From: a virus
Direction: 5' to 3' (one strand)
Virus record (IMG/VR): IMGVR_UViG_3300045988_042533
Coordinates: 30,905 to 94,904 of that record
Length of the DNA: 64,000 bases
Part shown: piece after piece, positions 1-10,550 of the stretch
How the letters are laid out: each line of letters starts with the position of its first letter
Numbering within the stretch: position 1 is the first letter of the stretch
Translations under genes and position numbers: made by a program
Notes under the pieces: model-generated
Databases searched by the model: none
The model's input: only the letters and a program-made list of their open reading frames with translations
Told to the model about the DNA's origin: nothing

Positions 1-2152
1 TATTAACTTTAACAACTTTATCTGAATCAAGTTTTTCAATTATAGTTCCTGTAGAAGTAATATAATCTTTACTATAAAAGTATGATACTATTTTACTATA
101 ATTGTTTTCATAATCTACAGTCATAGCTTCGATATAATCATTGCTTTTAAGCTTTATGCTTTCTCCATTATATTCAACTCCTAAATTAGTAGGAATAATA
201 AAATGAGAATTTATTATATATCTTATAGTATTGGTTGTAGATTGAAATATAGTAACATTACCATCTTCATCTACTTTCAATTCAGGAGGAGTAACATAAG
301 GTTTTATATATAAAGCATAAACAGTTTTACTTTCATAAATATTAGCACCATCTTTATAAATAATTCTACATTTAACAGTTCTAAAGTTTTCATTTTTTAT
401 ACCATTTGTAGTTATCCACACACCATTATCATTTATTTGTATTTGAGAATCACCTACAGTATTAGGATTATTAACTCTTATATAATTATCAACTGTAATA
501 GTTGGAGAATAAAGCTTCTTAAATACATAAACTGTTACTTTAGTATATTCTTGTCTAGATTCATTATAACCTACAATTCTAATAACATTTCCAAATTTAG
601 GTTTTAATGTATCTCCACTATTTATAAGAGTACTATTTATAGTAGGAGTACTACCATTAGTAGTCATATACATTTTATAAGAACCATTAGATGTTACTAC
701 AACTTCTTCTTTATCTTCATTATAATCTACAGATGGAGCTGTATAAGTAATTATATCTAAAGATGTAATTATAGTTTCTTTTTTAAAGTATTCATTATCT
801 ACATAACTATTGTTAGTGTAATTTCTTATACCAATACTTCTTATAACTTTTATTTTGCTCCAACGATTATCATCTAGTTTAGCAGGTAACGTTCTAACAC
901 CAAGTTGATAATCACTATTATCATATAAATAAGCTTTATCAGTATAATAATTTAACCACTCAGGAAGTACAGGAACATTATTTGCTTTAAGAATATCATT
1001 GCCTGCATCATATTCTAGTATTGGAGATTCAAAATCTATATTGCCAACTTCAAGTTTTTCTATAATAGAATAACTTACTTCATCAGTATTATAGTAAAGT
1101 AGAATATCATTACTAACAAGCTTTATAGGAGAAACATAATCTTTATATTCAGAAGTATTAACAGAGTATTTTACTTTATAATTATGAACATCAAGCTTGT
1201 TATTAGGGTCTAGTTTAACATATATTTCATTAGGTTTGTCAGAAGCTATAAAACTTATTACAGGTTTAATAGCACCTCGTTTATCAGAAATCTCTGTAGT
1301 CCAATAATACTTTTTAAAAGTTCCGTTATCAGTAGTAACACTATAAGCTATACGATATTTTTTAGCTTTAACTATTACAGCATTAACATCTTTGCTTATA
1401 TTGGATTTAGTTTCTTGTTCATTTATACCTACATTATCTTCTGTAGTATAACTATAAACGCCAACTTCATTGTTTTTAAACTTAAAATCTATATTTAAAG
1501 GAGATAGAGTTATAACAGGAAGTTCCATATTATAAATCCCATCACCTATTGTGAATTCACTTACACTAGATTTGTAATCACCATATATTACTACAGCTTT
1601 AGCAACACAGTTTTGCAATGTTATGAAACGACCATTACTTATATTATGAGTGTATATACAATATTCATAATTATCTTTTGAAGGTTCAGTTCCATCAAAA
1701 GTTATATAAATAGAACCTTGTGTAATAATTCCATTATAATTAGGTTCATTTACAACTAAATTTATAGTTTCATAAGTATCAGTACCTTTTTCTCCTACAT
1801 TGTTAATATCAGACACACTTATATTATAATCTTTATTTTCAAAAGGAGTAAATATAAATGTTTCATCATCTAGCTCAATAGATTTAGTATCAGAGTTATA
1901 AGCACCTGTTTTGAATTTAATAACAGGTTTTGTATAAAGTACTATATCTTTATTTATACCATTTAACGTATAAATAGTATTTGCTTTATCTGTAGCAAAT
2001 ATACAAAGGGATGTTTCTGTAGGCTCAGTTCCATCTATAGTATAAAATAGTTTCCAAACATTTGAACTAGATTGAGTATAAGATGAAAGTAGCAATACTC
2101 TAACAACACCTTCGTTGTCACAAAATATATTATAATCAAATCTCTTAGTCAT
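1..2152 (-). CDS. Tail/receptor-binding-type structural protein, N-terminal >716 aa (partial, runs off left edge)
   Basis: Absent from the ORF track because it is truncated. ATG at 2152-2150 overlaps the stop of the upstream gene (ATGACTAA). Hand translation gives MTKRFDYNIFCDNEGVVRVLLL... The same frame is still open at nt 46-118 (VDYENNYSKIVSYFYSKDYITSTG). The motif x-DGTEP(T/S) recurs (YTIDGTEPTE, ITFDGTEPSK), as in chitobiase/Fn3-associated carbohydrate-binding domains. Confidence 0.6.
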   Translation of the reverse strand, partial: MTKRFDYNIFCDNEGVVRVLLLSSYTQSSSNVWKLFYTIDGTEPTETSLCIFATDKANTIYTLNGINKDIVLYTKPVIKFKTGAYNSDTKSIELDDETFIFTPFENKDYNISVSDINNVGEKGTDTYETINLVVNEPNYNGIITQGSIYITFDGTEPSKDNYEYCIYTHNISNGRFITLQNCVAKAVVIYGDYKSSVSEFTIGDGIYNMELPVITLSPLNIDFKFKNNEVGVYSYTTEDNVGINEQETKSNISKDVNAVIVKAKKYRIAYSVTTDNGTFKKYYWTTEISDKRGAIKPVISFIASDKPNEIYVKLDPNNKLDVHNYKVKYSVNTSEYKDYVSPIKLVSNDILLYYNTDEVSYSIIEKLEVGNIDFESPILEYDAGNDILKANNVPVLPEWLNYYTDKAYLYDNSDYQLGVRTLPAKLDDNRWSKIKVIRSIGIRNYTNNSYVDNEYFKKETIITSLDIITYTAPSVDYNEDKEEVVVTSNGSYKMYMTTNGSTPTINSTLINSGDTLKPKFGNVIRIVGYNESRQEYTKVTVYVFKKLYSPTITVDNYIRVNNPNTVGDSQIQINDNGVWITTNGIKNENFRTVKCRIIYKDGANIYESKTVYALYIKPYVTPPELKVDEDGNVTIFQSTTNTIRYIINSHFIIPTNLGVEYNGESIKLKSNDYIEAMTVDYENNYSKIVSYFYSKDYITSTGTIIEKLDSDKVVKVN

Positions 2153-5100
2153 ATATATCAAAATATTTATCATTAGTATTAGCTAGATTGAAATAATCAC
2201 AACTAGCATTATCAAATTCATAAATACGCCTTCTATCTTTATTTCTATCAAAGAGATAACTATTATTGAAAGTTTTATAATTATCTGTGAAAGTATAATC
2301 ATGAAGACTAATATAACTATTTGTATAGAAGCTATAACTCAATGTTATAGTTTGACCATCTTTAAGATATATACATATAATAAGTCTATTATACTTATAA
2401 TCTTCAGCAAACCTAACTGTTTCTATATCTAGAACTTTTAAGAAATTAATTATATCTTTAGATAAAATATCTATTTTACCATCAACAAACATAAATATAT
2501 ATTTGTTTACACTATCATACCATATATACCCATTTTTAGATATAATACTTTCTTTGTTATTTCTAAGACCACCAAAACCTTCATTAGAAGGAAGAAGTTC
2601 TTTATAATCAATATCAAATGTATCAGGAATACTAAGTTGACTTCTACTTGTTAATTGAGGAGTTCTATCAAATACAAATAAAGAATATTCTGTATGGACT
2701 AGTAGATACAAACCTATACCTATAACATTAGTTATCTCACCTTTATTTTCTTTAATTATCTTATAATTATCAACTTCAAAGTTTCTAAAATTATTATCTA
2801 GAGATTCATCTGAAATTACATCACTTCTACGAATAGTTTTAGTAAACGTATCTTCATACTTATCGTTATAATTAGTAAAAGTTTTATTAGGTTTAGCTTT
2901 ATAAGCTTCTTTTATTTCTAGAAAGCTTTTAAGTTTATCAGGACTAATAATGCTATTATATTTAACTCCAAGAGATTTACCTTCAGATGTTGAAAAAGTT
3001 GTAGCACCTTTAGCAAAATCATTAAGAATAGAAGCACAATTATAAGGAACTAAAGCATAATTAAAATCAGTATTAGAACCTAATACATAATAAGTAATAT
3101 TACCATCTTCTGAAGTAACATTATTTACTGTAGGATTTATAATTATATCTTTATTATAATAAATAATCCTTTCTCTATTAAGAAAAGCAGGATGATACCT
3201 ATAATTGTTTTTATTATAAACTTTAGTGTCATAAATATTTGGAGTTAGACGATATAGAGTTTTAACAGATTTATTATATAAAACTGTATTACTATTAGTC
3301 ATATATTTTCTACCAATATCATGATTAATATCTCCAATACTCTCAATATGTTTTTCTATTGTAGCTTTATCAATCAACTCATAACTAATAGGAGTAGACT
3401 TACCACTAGTATCTAAAATTTGATTACCTGATAGATTAAGTTCATTGTATAGACAATCAGTATTTGTAAAACAAGTATGTTTCTCAGTATCAGTACCAAA
3501 CTTCTTATAACATATTATAGGTATTGATTCAACTTCAACATCTTCATAACTTAAAAAATATCCAACATAACCATTAGGAATATTTTCTATTTTAGATGTT
3601 ATATTTATCAAATCAAGACCGTTATGTTTTCTATAAATATATCCAACTCTAAAACCATTTGTAGCACTACCATCTTTTCTAAGATAATGAATAAATATAT
3701 TATAATGCTGATATGGAATAAAAGTTCTATTATTATTTGTCTTAATTATATTACTATAATAAGTTTTAGATTCATTATAAGTAACAGTAGAAGATATTGG
3801 TTCACCACCATAAAAAGCAGGATAACTTAAAGTAAATTCAGATAGACCAACATAACTATAGAAAACTTCTCCTGTAGGTTGTTTATTTTTATAATAATAA
3901 ACTGATTCGATACCTATAGCTAATGCACAATCTTTTACTTCACCATTAAAAGGATATTCTGTACCATCAGCAGTTATCAAATAAAGACAATTATTATCTA
4001 CTTTAACTTTATAAGGATAATTTTCTCCTTTAGTCCATATAAATTGACTTTTCTTTTTATTATAAGAACCTATTTGAATACTAAAAGTATTTATACAATA
4101 AGCAGCGTGTTGATTATCGTTCTTATCATATCCAAAATCAATCTTATCTTTATCAGTAACTTTTAATACAGCAGTAGTACCATCAGGTCTTACAACTCCT
4201 ACTCTAAGTTTACTTATAAGATTATTATTGATAAAAGCAACGGGATTCTTCAAATAAACAACATTATTAATTGTTTCAACATCAACATTGGTTAATCCTG
4301 AATCACAATTCATAGTTTCAAATTGAGCTTGATAAATAGACTTTGTAACAATACTTTGAGTATTCTCATAACTATGGGTATTACAATCTATTTTTATGTT
4401 GTTATTGTTACCTATTTCTTCATTATTATATTCTTCATAATTAGCTATATATAGTCTATTATTATAATTAACTATATTTCTAACATTATAATATTGAGAA
4501 GGAGAACGAAGTAAATCATCAATAGAAATTTCTTCAGTATAAGTATTATTATTTACATCAACTTTATTAATGTTAGCATCAAACTTGTTAAATATTCTAC
4601 CTCTAACATTATTATCATGTTTAACAATATAACCTATTCTAAATGGAACATTGACATTAGATATATTAAGTTCTATATTGCAATTAGAATAAGAATTGCT
4701 ATTAACATCAAAGTTTTTAAAATAACTAATATTCTTTTCTGCATCAGTATCTGGACCACCTATGTCATTATATTTATCACCAAAGTTAAGTTTATAAATC
4801 TTATCATTAATAAGAAAAGAATGAATAGGTTTATCTTTACTAGATTGAGTATATATTAATATATCATCAGTAATTTGAAACCACTTAGAATAATTATTAT
4901 CATCAACTGCAAACTGAATAAAGAATGTATAAGAACCACATAATAGACTTCCACTCGTTTCTATATCATAATCAACATTGTATAATGGAATATCAGGTTC
5001 TATATTATAATTAGAATAATTATTTTTACTATCTAAATTCCAACATTTAAGTGGAACTTTAGCCTTACTTTTAATATTATTCTTTAAACAATAAGCATCG

Positions 5101-5471
5101 TATTCAGCAACGGCTATTATAAGTTCATTCTTATAATTATATGTAAAAGTTCCTGTAATAGTTCCACCATTATATTTCCAATCTGTTTCTACATAAGAAA
5201 TGTCTCCAGTATCTTTACGTCTATAAATTCTAGATATACCTTCTTCATTTTCTACAGGTTGAAAAGTAAATATAACAATTTCATTATTGCAAGGAACAAC
5301 ACCAACCACAAACTCTCCATCATTTTCACATTCAAATGCTACTGAAAATCCATCTTCTCTAGTTATATAAGAATTAGATGTATCCACTACTATATTCTTT
5401 GCAGCAACAAGACTGTTACTAGGAATACTATTAGGTGTTTTATTTAAATATAATTTTTTATTTATATTCAT
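2145..5471 (-). CDS. Large tail structural protein (1108 aa), function unassigned
   Basis: Very long ORF tightly packed with its neighbours (3-nt gap upstream, overlapping stop/start downstream). N/Y/I-rich beta-type composition and a position at the distal end of the tail module. No catalytic motif recognised. Confidence 0.6.
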   Translation of the reverse strand: MNINKKLYLNKTPNSIPSNSLVAAKNIVVDTSNSYITREDGFSVAFECENDGEFVVGVVPCNNEIVIFTFQPVENEEGISRIYRRKDTGDISYVETDWKYNGGTITGTFTYNYKNELIIAVAEYDAYCLKNNIKSKAKVPLKCWNLDSKNNYSNYNIEPDIPLYNVDYDIETSGSLLCGSYTFFIQFAVDDNNYSKWFQITDDILIYTQSSKDKPIHSFLINDKIYKLNFGDKYNDIGGPDTDAEKNISYFKNFDVNSNSYSNCNIELNISNVNVPFRIGYIVKHDNNVRGRIFNKFDANINKVDVNNNTYTEEISIDDLLRSPSQYYNVRNIVNYNNRLYIANYEEYNNEEIGNNNNIKIDCNTHSYENTQSIVTKSIYQAQFETMNCDSGLTNVDVETINNVVYLKNPVAFINNNLISKLRVGVVRPDGTTAVLKVTDKDKIDFGYDKNDNQHAAYCINTFSIQIGSYNKKKSQFIWTKGENYPYKVKVDNNCLYLITADGTEYPFNGEVKDCALAIGIESVYYYKNKQPTGEVFYSYVGLSEFTLSYPAFYGGEPISSTVTYNESKTYYSNIIKTNNNRTFIPYQHYNIFIHYLRKDGSATNGFRVGYIYRKHNGLDLINITSKIENIPNGYVGYFLSYEDVEVESIPIICYKKFGTDTEKHTCFTNTDCLYNELNLSGNQILDTSGKSTPISYELIDKATIEKHIESIGDINHDIGRKYMTNSNTVLYNKSVKTLYRLTPNIYDTKVYNKNNYRYHPAFLNRERIIYYNKDIIINPTVNNVTSEDGNITYYVLGSNTDFNYALVPYNCASILNDFAKGATTFSTSEGKSLGVKYNSIISPDKLKSFLEIKEAYKAKPNKTFTNYNDKYEDTFTKTIRRSDVISDESLDNNFRNFEVDNYKIIKENKGEITNVIGIGLYLLVHTEYSLFVFDRTPQLTSRSQLSIPDTFDIDYKELLPSNEGFGGLRNNKESIISKNGYIWYDSVNKYIFMFVDGKIDILSKDIINFLKVLDIETVRFAEDYKYNRLIICIYLKDGQTITLSYSFYTNSYISLHDYTFTDNYKTFNNSYLFDRNKDRRRIYEFDNASCDYFNLANTNDKYFDIYD

Positions 5472-5474
5472 ATC

Positions 5475-6278
5475 TTAAACTCCTCTAGGATTAAAAGTAA
5501 AGTTATAAAAGAAGTTATTCCAATCACTTTGAGCATCTTTATTTAATTCATTACGAACAGATGCAGCAGCTTTTGGTCGAAGAGTATTCCATTGAATCCA
5601 AGGATTAGTCACAGGACTATTATTTTTCAAATCATATACTTGATGTTTACTTCCACGGCTAAGATATTTAAAAAGAATATACCATGATAAAGCTTCAAGA
5701 AGAAGACCATTGTCATAAATATATGGAACTTCACAATCATAGTATTCATCATAATATGTTGCAACTTCATAAGATATTACAACGATGTAATCAGTATCAA
5801 AGTTTAGTTCTATATTATTACCATCTAGAACATAATTATGATTATTGTTTCTATTTACTATAGAAGCAACTTCCATATAATTAATTCCTGTTTTATTAGT
5901 ATTATCAATAACAGCAATCTCAGATTCTGTAGCACGTCTATTACTATCAGAACCTAAGTTACAATGACAACTAGAAGAATCTAGTTCAGGAATTTCACAA
6001 CCATATTTATCATAAACTCTAATTTCTTTTGCGTTATTAATATCACAAGGAAATTGAGCAATCTTATCACTAACTTCCAACTGTCTTTTCTTCTTAACAG
6101 AAGGAAGAATCTTCATTTGACTTAGAGCATCAATAGTCCAAGCAGCTACTCTAGGAATCCAATCACTTTCACTTATATTAAAGTCATTGTCTACTTTTGC
6201 TACTAGGCGTCCTATGTTTAACTGATTCTTGATTTTCATTTCTAATAAATTTAGTATAAAGAAGTTTATCGGCTTCAA
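5475..6278 (-). CDS. Tail-module protein (267 aa; alternative start at 6239)
   Basis: ORF track. The first ATG overlaps the upstream ORF by 95 nt. The internal ATG at 6239 (MKIKNQLNIG) reduces the overlap to 56 nt. Confidence 0.6.
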   Translation of the reverse strand: MKPINFFILNLLEMKIKNQLNIGRLVAKVDNDFNISESDWIPRVAAWTIDALSQMKILPSVKKKRQLEVSDKIAQFPCDINNAKEIRVYDKYGCEIPELDSSSCHCNLGSDSNRRATESEIAVIDNTNKTGINYMEVASIVNRNNNHNYVLDGNNIELNFDTDYIVVISYEVATYYDEYYDCEVPYIYDNGLLLEALSWYILFKYLSRGSKHQVYDLKNNSPVTNPWIQWNTLRPKAAASVRNELNKDAQSDWNNFFYNFTFNPRGV

Positions 6279-7119
6279 GACAAAGACTAAGCTTAGTCTT
6301 GAGGTCTATATTAAGTTTATAAATCTCATTAACGTCACCTCCAGTTTGTTTAAGAAGTTGTTCATTAGTTATACCTGCATATTGAGCTGGTCTATAATTG
6401 ACCTTTTTAAATTTCAATATATAAGCATTTGGAAGAGTACAATCCAACAAAGGAAGTTCATATATAGCTTCAGGCTTACGAAATATTCTATAATCAACAC
6501 CATTATAAGGAAGTCCATTAGCTTTAGCCCATTCTTCTTCAGCTTTATTCCAAAGATGAACTCCTTGTTCAATAAGTCTCTTCTTATTAGCTTTAGTCTT
6601 AGCATAATCTAGAACATTGCTTTCTCTTTGTCTATAAAGATTACGATTAAAACATATCCAGCCAATACGATTATCATAAACATAACCATAACCTTGAAGA
6701 AGATACTCTTGAACTTTAGTATAGAAAGTTTTAATTATATGGAGATATTGCTTATGATTAAGTTTAAGACACTTTTGATAACTAACTTTACATCTATCAA
6801 TTTCAGCAATTCTTTTCTTTGCTTTAAAATAATTAATAATCTCTAACAGTTTAGCTCTAGTTTCATTATCAATATTCTCATCTCTATATAATATTCCAAG
6901 TGTTGTTAATATTCTACCATTAATATATCTATCTTCAACAAACTCAGGATAATCTGCAAGATTAGTCTTAAACTGAGGAAGCCATTCAATAAATTTATCT
7001 CTCTTACCTTTGTATTCAGCTTCAAGTTTATCCTTCTCAACAAACATTGTTTGAAGAGCCATTTTAAATGCAAACTGCATACTACTAAAATATTGCTTGG
7101 TACTTATAGGTTTTTCCAT
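6184..7119 (-). CDS. Hypothetical structural-module protein (311 aa)
   Basis: ORF track. Packed 3 nt downstream of 7123..7800. No motif recognised. Confidence 0.6.
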   Translation of the reverse strand: MEKPISTKQYFSSMQFAFKMALQTMFVEKDKLEAEYKGKRDKFIEWLPQFKTNLADYPEFVEDRYINGRILTTLGILYRDENIDNETRAKLLEIINYFKAKKRIAEIDRCKVSYQKCLKLNHKQYLHIIKTFYTKVQEYLLQGYGYVYDNRIGWICFNRNLYRQRESNVLDYAKTKANKKRLIEQGVHLWNKAEEEWAKANGLPYNGVDYRIFRKPEAIYELPLLDCTLPNAYILKFKKVNYRPAQYAGITNEQLLKQTGGDVNEIYKLNIDLKTKLSLCLEADKLLYTKFIRNENQESVKHRTPSSKSRQ

Positions 7120-7122
7120 TGT

Positions 7123-7800
7123 TTAAAATTTAATATTGTTTGGAACTTCATCTGTTTGACGAACTTGATTTAAAAGGTCTCTCTTATATATAATCTCTTT
7201 AATTTGACCAACCATATCTTCAGATAAAACCCATTCATTATCATCAAGAGCTACATCTAATTCATCAGCTTCTCCATTCTCAAGAAGTATTTGATTAGGA
7301 TGTTCAAAAGCTGATTCAATGACTATAGCTCCTAGAGTTAAAGCTTTATTATTAGGTGCTGGATATAAATAAATATAATCATTGATATAATCATAACTAA
7401 TAGCTCCACACATACCAGGAAGACTGCCTCTAAATCTAGCAACAGTCTCTTTTATAAATGGAATTTCTCTATTAGTTTTATAACCAACTGTACTAACTCT
7501 ATCAAATGGAAGATTATTTATAAGCCTAACAGGTCTTTGAACTTTTTGTGCAGTACGTTTAATCTTATCGACAGTTACTCCTTCAGGAAGTTCAATATCT
7601 CCATCGTTAACACTAATAAGACTAACTCTATATCTTTGAGTTAGTCCTTTGTCAATATAATTGTGATTCTCATAACTACGTCTAATAACTTCAGCTCTAG
7701 TATGAATAATTAAAGATTTTATATTATTACGTAAAGCTTGATTATTAGGTTGACCTAGACTATGAGCAAACTCACTAACAAGTTGTGCAATACTAGCCAT
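7123..7800 (-). CDS. Hypothetical structural-module protein (225 aa)
   Basis: ORF track. First gene after a 600-nt non-coding gap. Preceded by the GC-rich motif and a TTTAAACTAAT leader box 6 nt before the ATG. Confidence 0.65.
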   Translation of the reverse strand: MASIAQLVSEFAHSLGQPNNQALRNNIKSLIIHTRAEVIRRSYENHNYIDKGLTQRYRVSLISVNDGDIELPEGVTVDKIKRTAQKVQRPVRLINNLPFDRVSTVGYKTNREIPFIKETVARFRGSLPGMCGAISYDYINDYIYLYPAPNNKALTLGAIVIESAFEHPNQILLENGEADELDVALDDNEWVLSEDMVGQIKEIIYKRDLLNQVRQTDEVPNNIKF

Positions 7801-7836
7801 TATATAATTAGTTTAAATATTAATACTATCAAAATT

Positions 7837-7852
7837 AGCTCCCCCGTAGAAG
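7837..7852 (-). promoter_or_regulatory. GC-rich motif copy (CTTCTACGGGGGAGCT on - strand), 36 nt upstream of ATG 7800
   Basis: + strand reads AGCTCCCCCGTAGAAG. Co-oriented with the downstream gene. Member of the family with 16 or more copies (see findings). Confidence 0.45.
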
Positions 7853-8330
7853 GAATGTATGACATGTTACCTTATTATACCTTACTTGCGAACATCAACA
7901 TTGTCTACATGAGGAGGATTAAATATATAACAACCATTATTATATCTAGCAACAGTAAATGCTTACCTAAATCAAACTTATCTACCTTTTAAATTATACT
8001 TATATTATATCTACTAACCTGACTATAACTTTGATTACTGCCTTCAGTTTAATCCTACAACAACAATAAATCCTATCACCAAAAGTTATCCAAAAATATA
8101 TTTATTTATTATCTCTATTGTTATCATCATTGTTATCATAAACATCAGACATATTACATATTCAATCACTTGCAAATATAGACTTTTATGACATCAAACC
8201 AAAATCCTAATACTCTGATATATACGTCTGTGTGCGCACACAAATCGCTTAATTAGCCTGCTGCTATTTGTTAATCGTCTAACATATAACAAGTTATCAG
8301 ACAAGCCGATATGCAGTCGAAATTATTATA

Positions 8331-8369
8331 AACAAAAACTCCTAGCAACAGTAGAACCATTACTAGGAG
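8331..8369 (-). terminator. Rho-independent terminator after the 714-aa fibre gene
   Basis: - strand: stem CTCCTAG(8369-8363)/CTAGGAG(8345-8339), followed by TTTTTGTTT. Confidence 0.7.
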
Positions 8370-8399
8370 AAACAATTTATATAAACCAATGAAAAAAGT

Positions 8400-10544
8400 T
8401 TATTGAGGAGTATCAGCTTCCATATAACCTTTAGCTTTCAAATCAGCAAGCAAATCATTAAACTTAGTTACAACTTCTTCTGCTGTAGCAGCTGTTGTAA
8501 TATTAACAAGCTTAGGTAGTTGGTCTGCTTTTAACTTACCACCAACAAGGTCTGCTTTAGTACTGATATTAGGTATTTCAGTCTTCTTAGCATAAGCATC
8601 CAATGATTGGTGAGCTGTAAGATAACCCTTATTATCTATTTCAGTTTTAGTATAATAGTTATCTTTCTCACTAGTCCAAACAGGGTCTGTTTCAGTATAT
8701 GAAGTTATAAAATTAGCATCATTGGTAAGTTGCGATACTTTGGTTGGAATAGCAGATGTATCAGCTTTTTCATTAATTATTTGCTGAACACTTTTAATAT
8801 CAGGATTAAGAGTTTCACTATCTCCACTCTTTACTACAAGATTAGTTCCATCATAACCACCGAAACCTTTAAGATAAAGACCATAATTGTCTCTATCCAT
8901 ATCAATACCATTCACTCCATCAAAACCAACACCAAAGATTGATTTAGTATTTGATATATTTTTACCAAGAGATATAGCATAATTTCCACCAGTAGTTGAA
9001 TAAGCACCTAAAGCTAAAGAAGATTTAAAATTTGCTGTTGCCATATAACCAATAGCTACAGGATTATCACCTTTAACTCTTATACCATCTCCAATAGCAA
9101 CAGAGTAATAACCTGCTGACGATTTAATATCATTTCCAATAGTTACACATAGAGTATTTGGAAATATATCATTTCCTAATGCTATATAATCACTAGCACC
9201 AGAAAATATTGAGTTTCCTATTGCTATAGAATTAGTTGCCGTGTCATCAATTGTTATTTTACTTCCTATTGCAATACCATTATCATTAGATGCTATTGTA
9301 TTACATCCTATTGCTATAGAAGCATTTCCAATTGCTGATGCTTCATATCCTACAGATGTAGAAAACCTTGAATATGATTCTGTGTTTATGCCTATTGCAA
9401 TAGAATTATTTTGACTTGCTTTTGAATTATATCCTATTGCAATAGAATTATCTCCTTTTGCTTCTGAATTATATCCTATCGCTGTAGAATAAACTCCTCC
9501 AAGCATCCAATTACCTAGAGTATTAGGATAACTAGAATAATATAATTCATGTGTCAAATCTAATAATTCTTCCGTATTAAAACCATTATAAGTACCTATA
9601 CAGTATGTCTCAATAACTTCTATCCATTTGTTATCAGTTGCATCATATATATATTGAGGAGTTTCATCATCTTCAAGATTGTCATCAACTTCTACATAAG
9701 GAAGATTTACAAAAACATTACTTTCTTCAATATTAAGTTGAGTAAGATTATCAACAATACCAGTTTTTTCATTATCAAGATAAAATATGTGAGTTAAATA
9801 AAGAGGTTCAGATGTTCTAAAAAAGTCACCACTTCTATCTAGTTCAATTTCTTCACCAAGTTCTGCAATCTTAATACTTTTATTAAGATTTTTATCATAT
9901 ATATACTGTGCTTTATCAGGTATTAAATCTCCTCCACTCAAATCAGCATAAACATATTCTTCGTTATTATTTAATTGTAAAATATTAGATTCTATAACAG
10001 GATTTTTATATGGAGCTGCTACTTCACCTGCATCTCCTAATTTAAAACAATAGTTTCGTAAATTATCTAAACGATTATCTACATCTATTATATCAGCTTT
10101 AGTATCAAGTTTTGCTTCTATATAACTTAAATCAACTTCAGGTTTAAATTCACCAACTTTCTCCCAAACACCTTCAACATAAAGATATTCAAGATAAACA
10201 TTATCACCTTGACCATCTTGATTAGGAACAAGATAAATCTTATTAGATTTAATATCAGCAGTAGGAAGTTCTCTAACTATTAAGAACAATGTAGTATCTA
10301 TATTACCAAGTTGTTCAATAGGAACACTACCATTAGAATCAAGACTAGCAACACCATTAGCTTTACCAACAGTGTCCTTAGTCAGCATACTCTCTACAAC
10401 TTTAGAAATGTCAGATTTAACTGAATCAAACTCTTCTTTAGTAATAGAACATAAATCACTGAAAGCTTTATAAATAGTATTACGTTTAGCATTACTTATA
10501 GCAATACTACTAATAGCTTTTCTAAGGTCAATTTTGTTAATCAT
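8400..10544 (-). CDS. Tail fibre with YadA-head-like (Hep_Hag-type) repeats
   Basis: aa ~355-525 carry serial SIAIG/NSIAIG/VAIG 14-residue-type repeats, like trimeric autotransporter adhesin heads. N-terminal fibre motifs GVASLDSNGSVPIEQLG and KIYLVP...YLEYLY..WEKVGEF..EVDL are shared with 16223..17338. Confidence 0.75.
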   Translation of the reverse strand: MINKIDLRKAISSIAISNAKRNTIYKAFSDLCSITKEEFDSVKSDISKVVESMLTKDTVGKANGVASLDSNGSVPIEQLGNIDTTLFLIVRELPTADIKSNKIYLVPNQDGQGDNVYLEYLYVEGVWEKVGEFKPEVDLSYIEAKLDTKADIIDVDNRLDNLRNYCFKLGDAGEVAAPYKNPVIESNILQLNNNEEYVYADLSGGDLIPDKAQYIYDKNLNKSIKIAELGEEIELDRSGDFFRTSEPLYLTHIFYLDNEKTGIVDNLTQLNIEESNVFVNLPYVEVDDNLEDDETPQYIYDATDNKWIEVIETYCIGTYNGFNTEELLDLTHELYYSSYPNTLGNWMLGGVYSTAIGYNSEAKGDNSIAIGYNSKASQNNSIAIGINTESYSRFSTSVGYEASAIGNASIAIGCNTIASNDNGIAIGSKITIDDTATNSIAIGNSIFSGASDYIALGNDIFPNTLCVTIGNDIKSSAGYYSVAIGDGIRVKGDNPVAIGYMATANFKSSLALGAYSTTGGNYAISLGKNISNTKSIFGVGFDGVNGIDMDRDNYGLYLKGFGGYDGTNLVVKSGDSETLNPDIKSVQQIINEKADTSAIPTKVSQLTNDANFITSYTETDPVWTSEKDNYYTKTEIDNKGYLTAHQSLDAYAKKTEIPNISTKADLVGGKLKADQLPKLVNITTAATAEEVVTKFNDLLADLKAKGYMEADTPQ

Positions 10545-10550
10545 AAAAGT

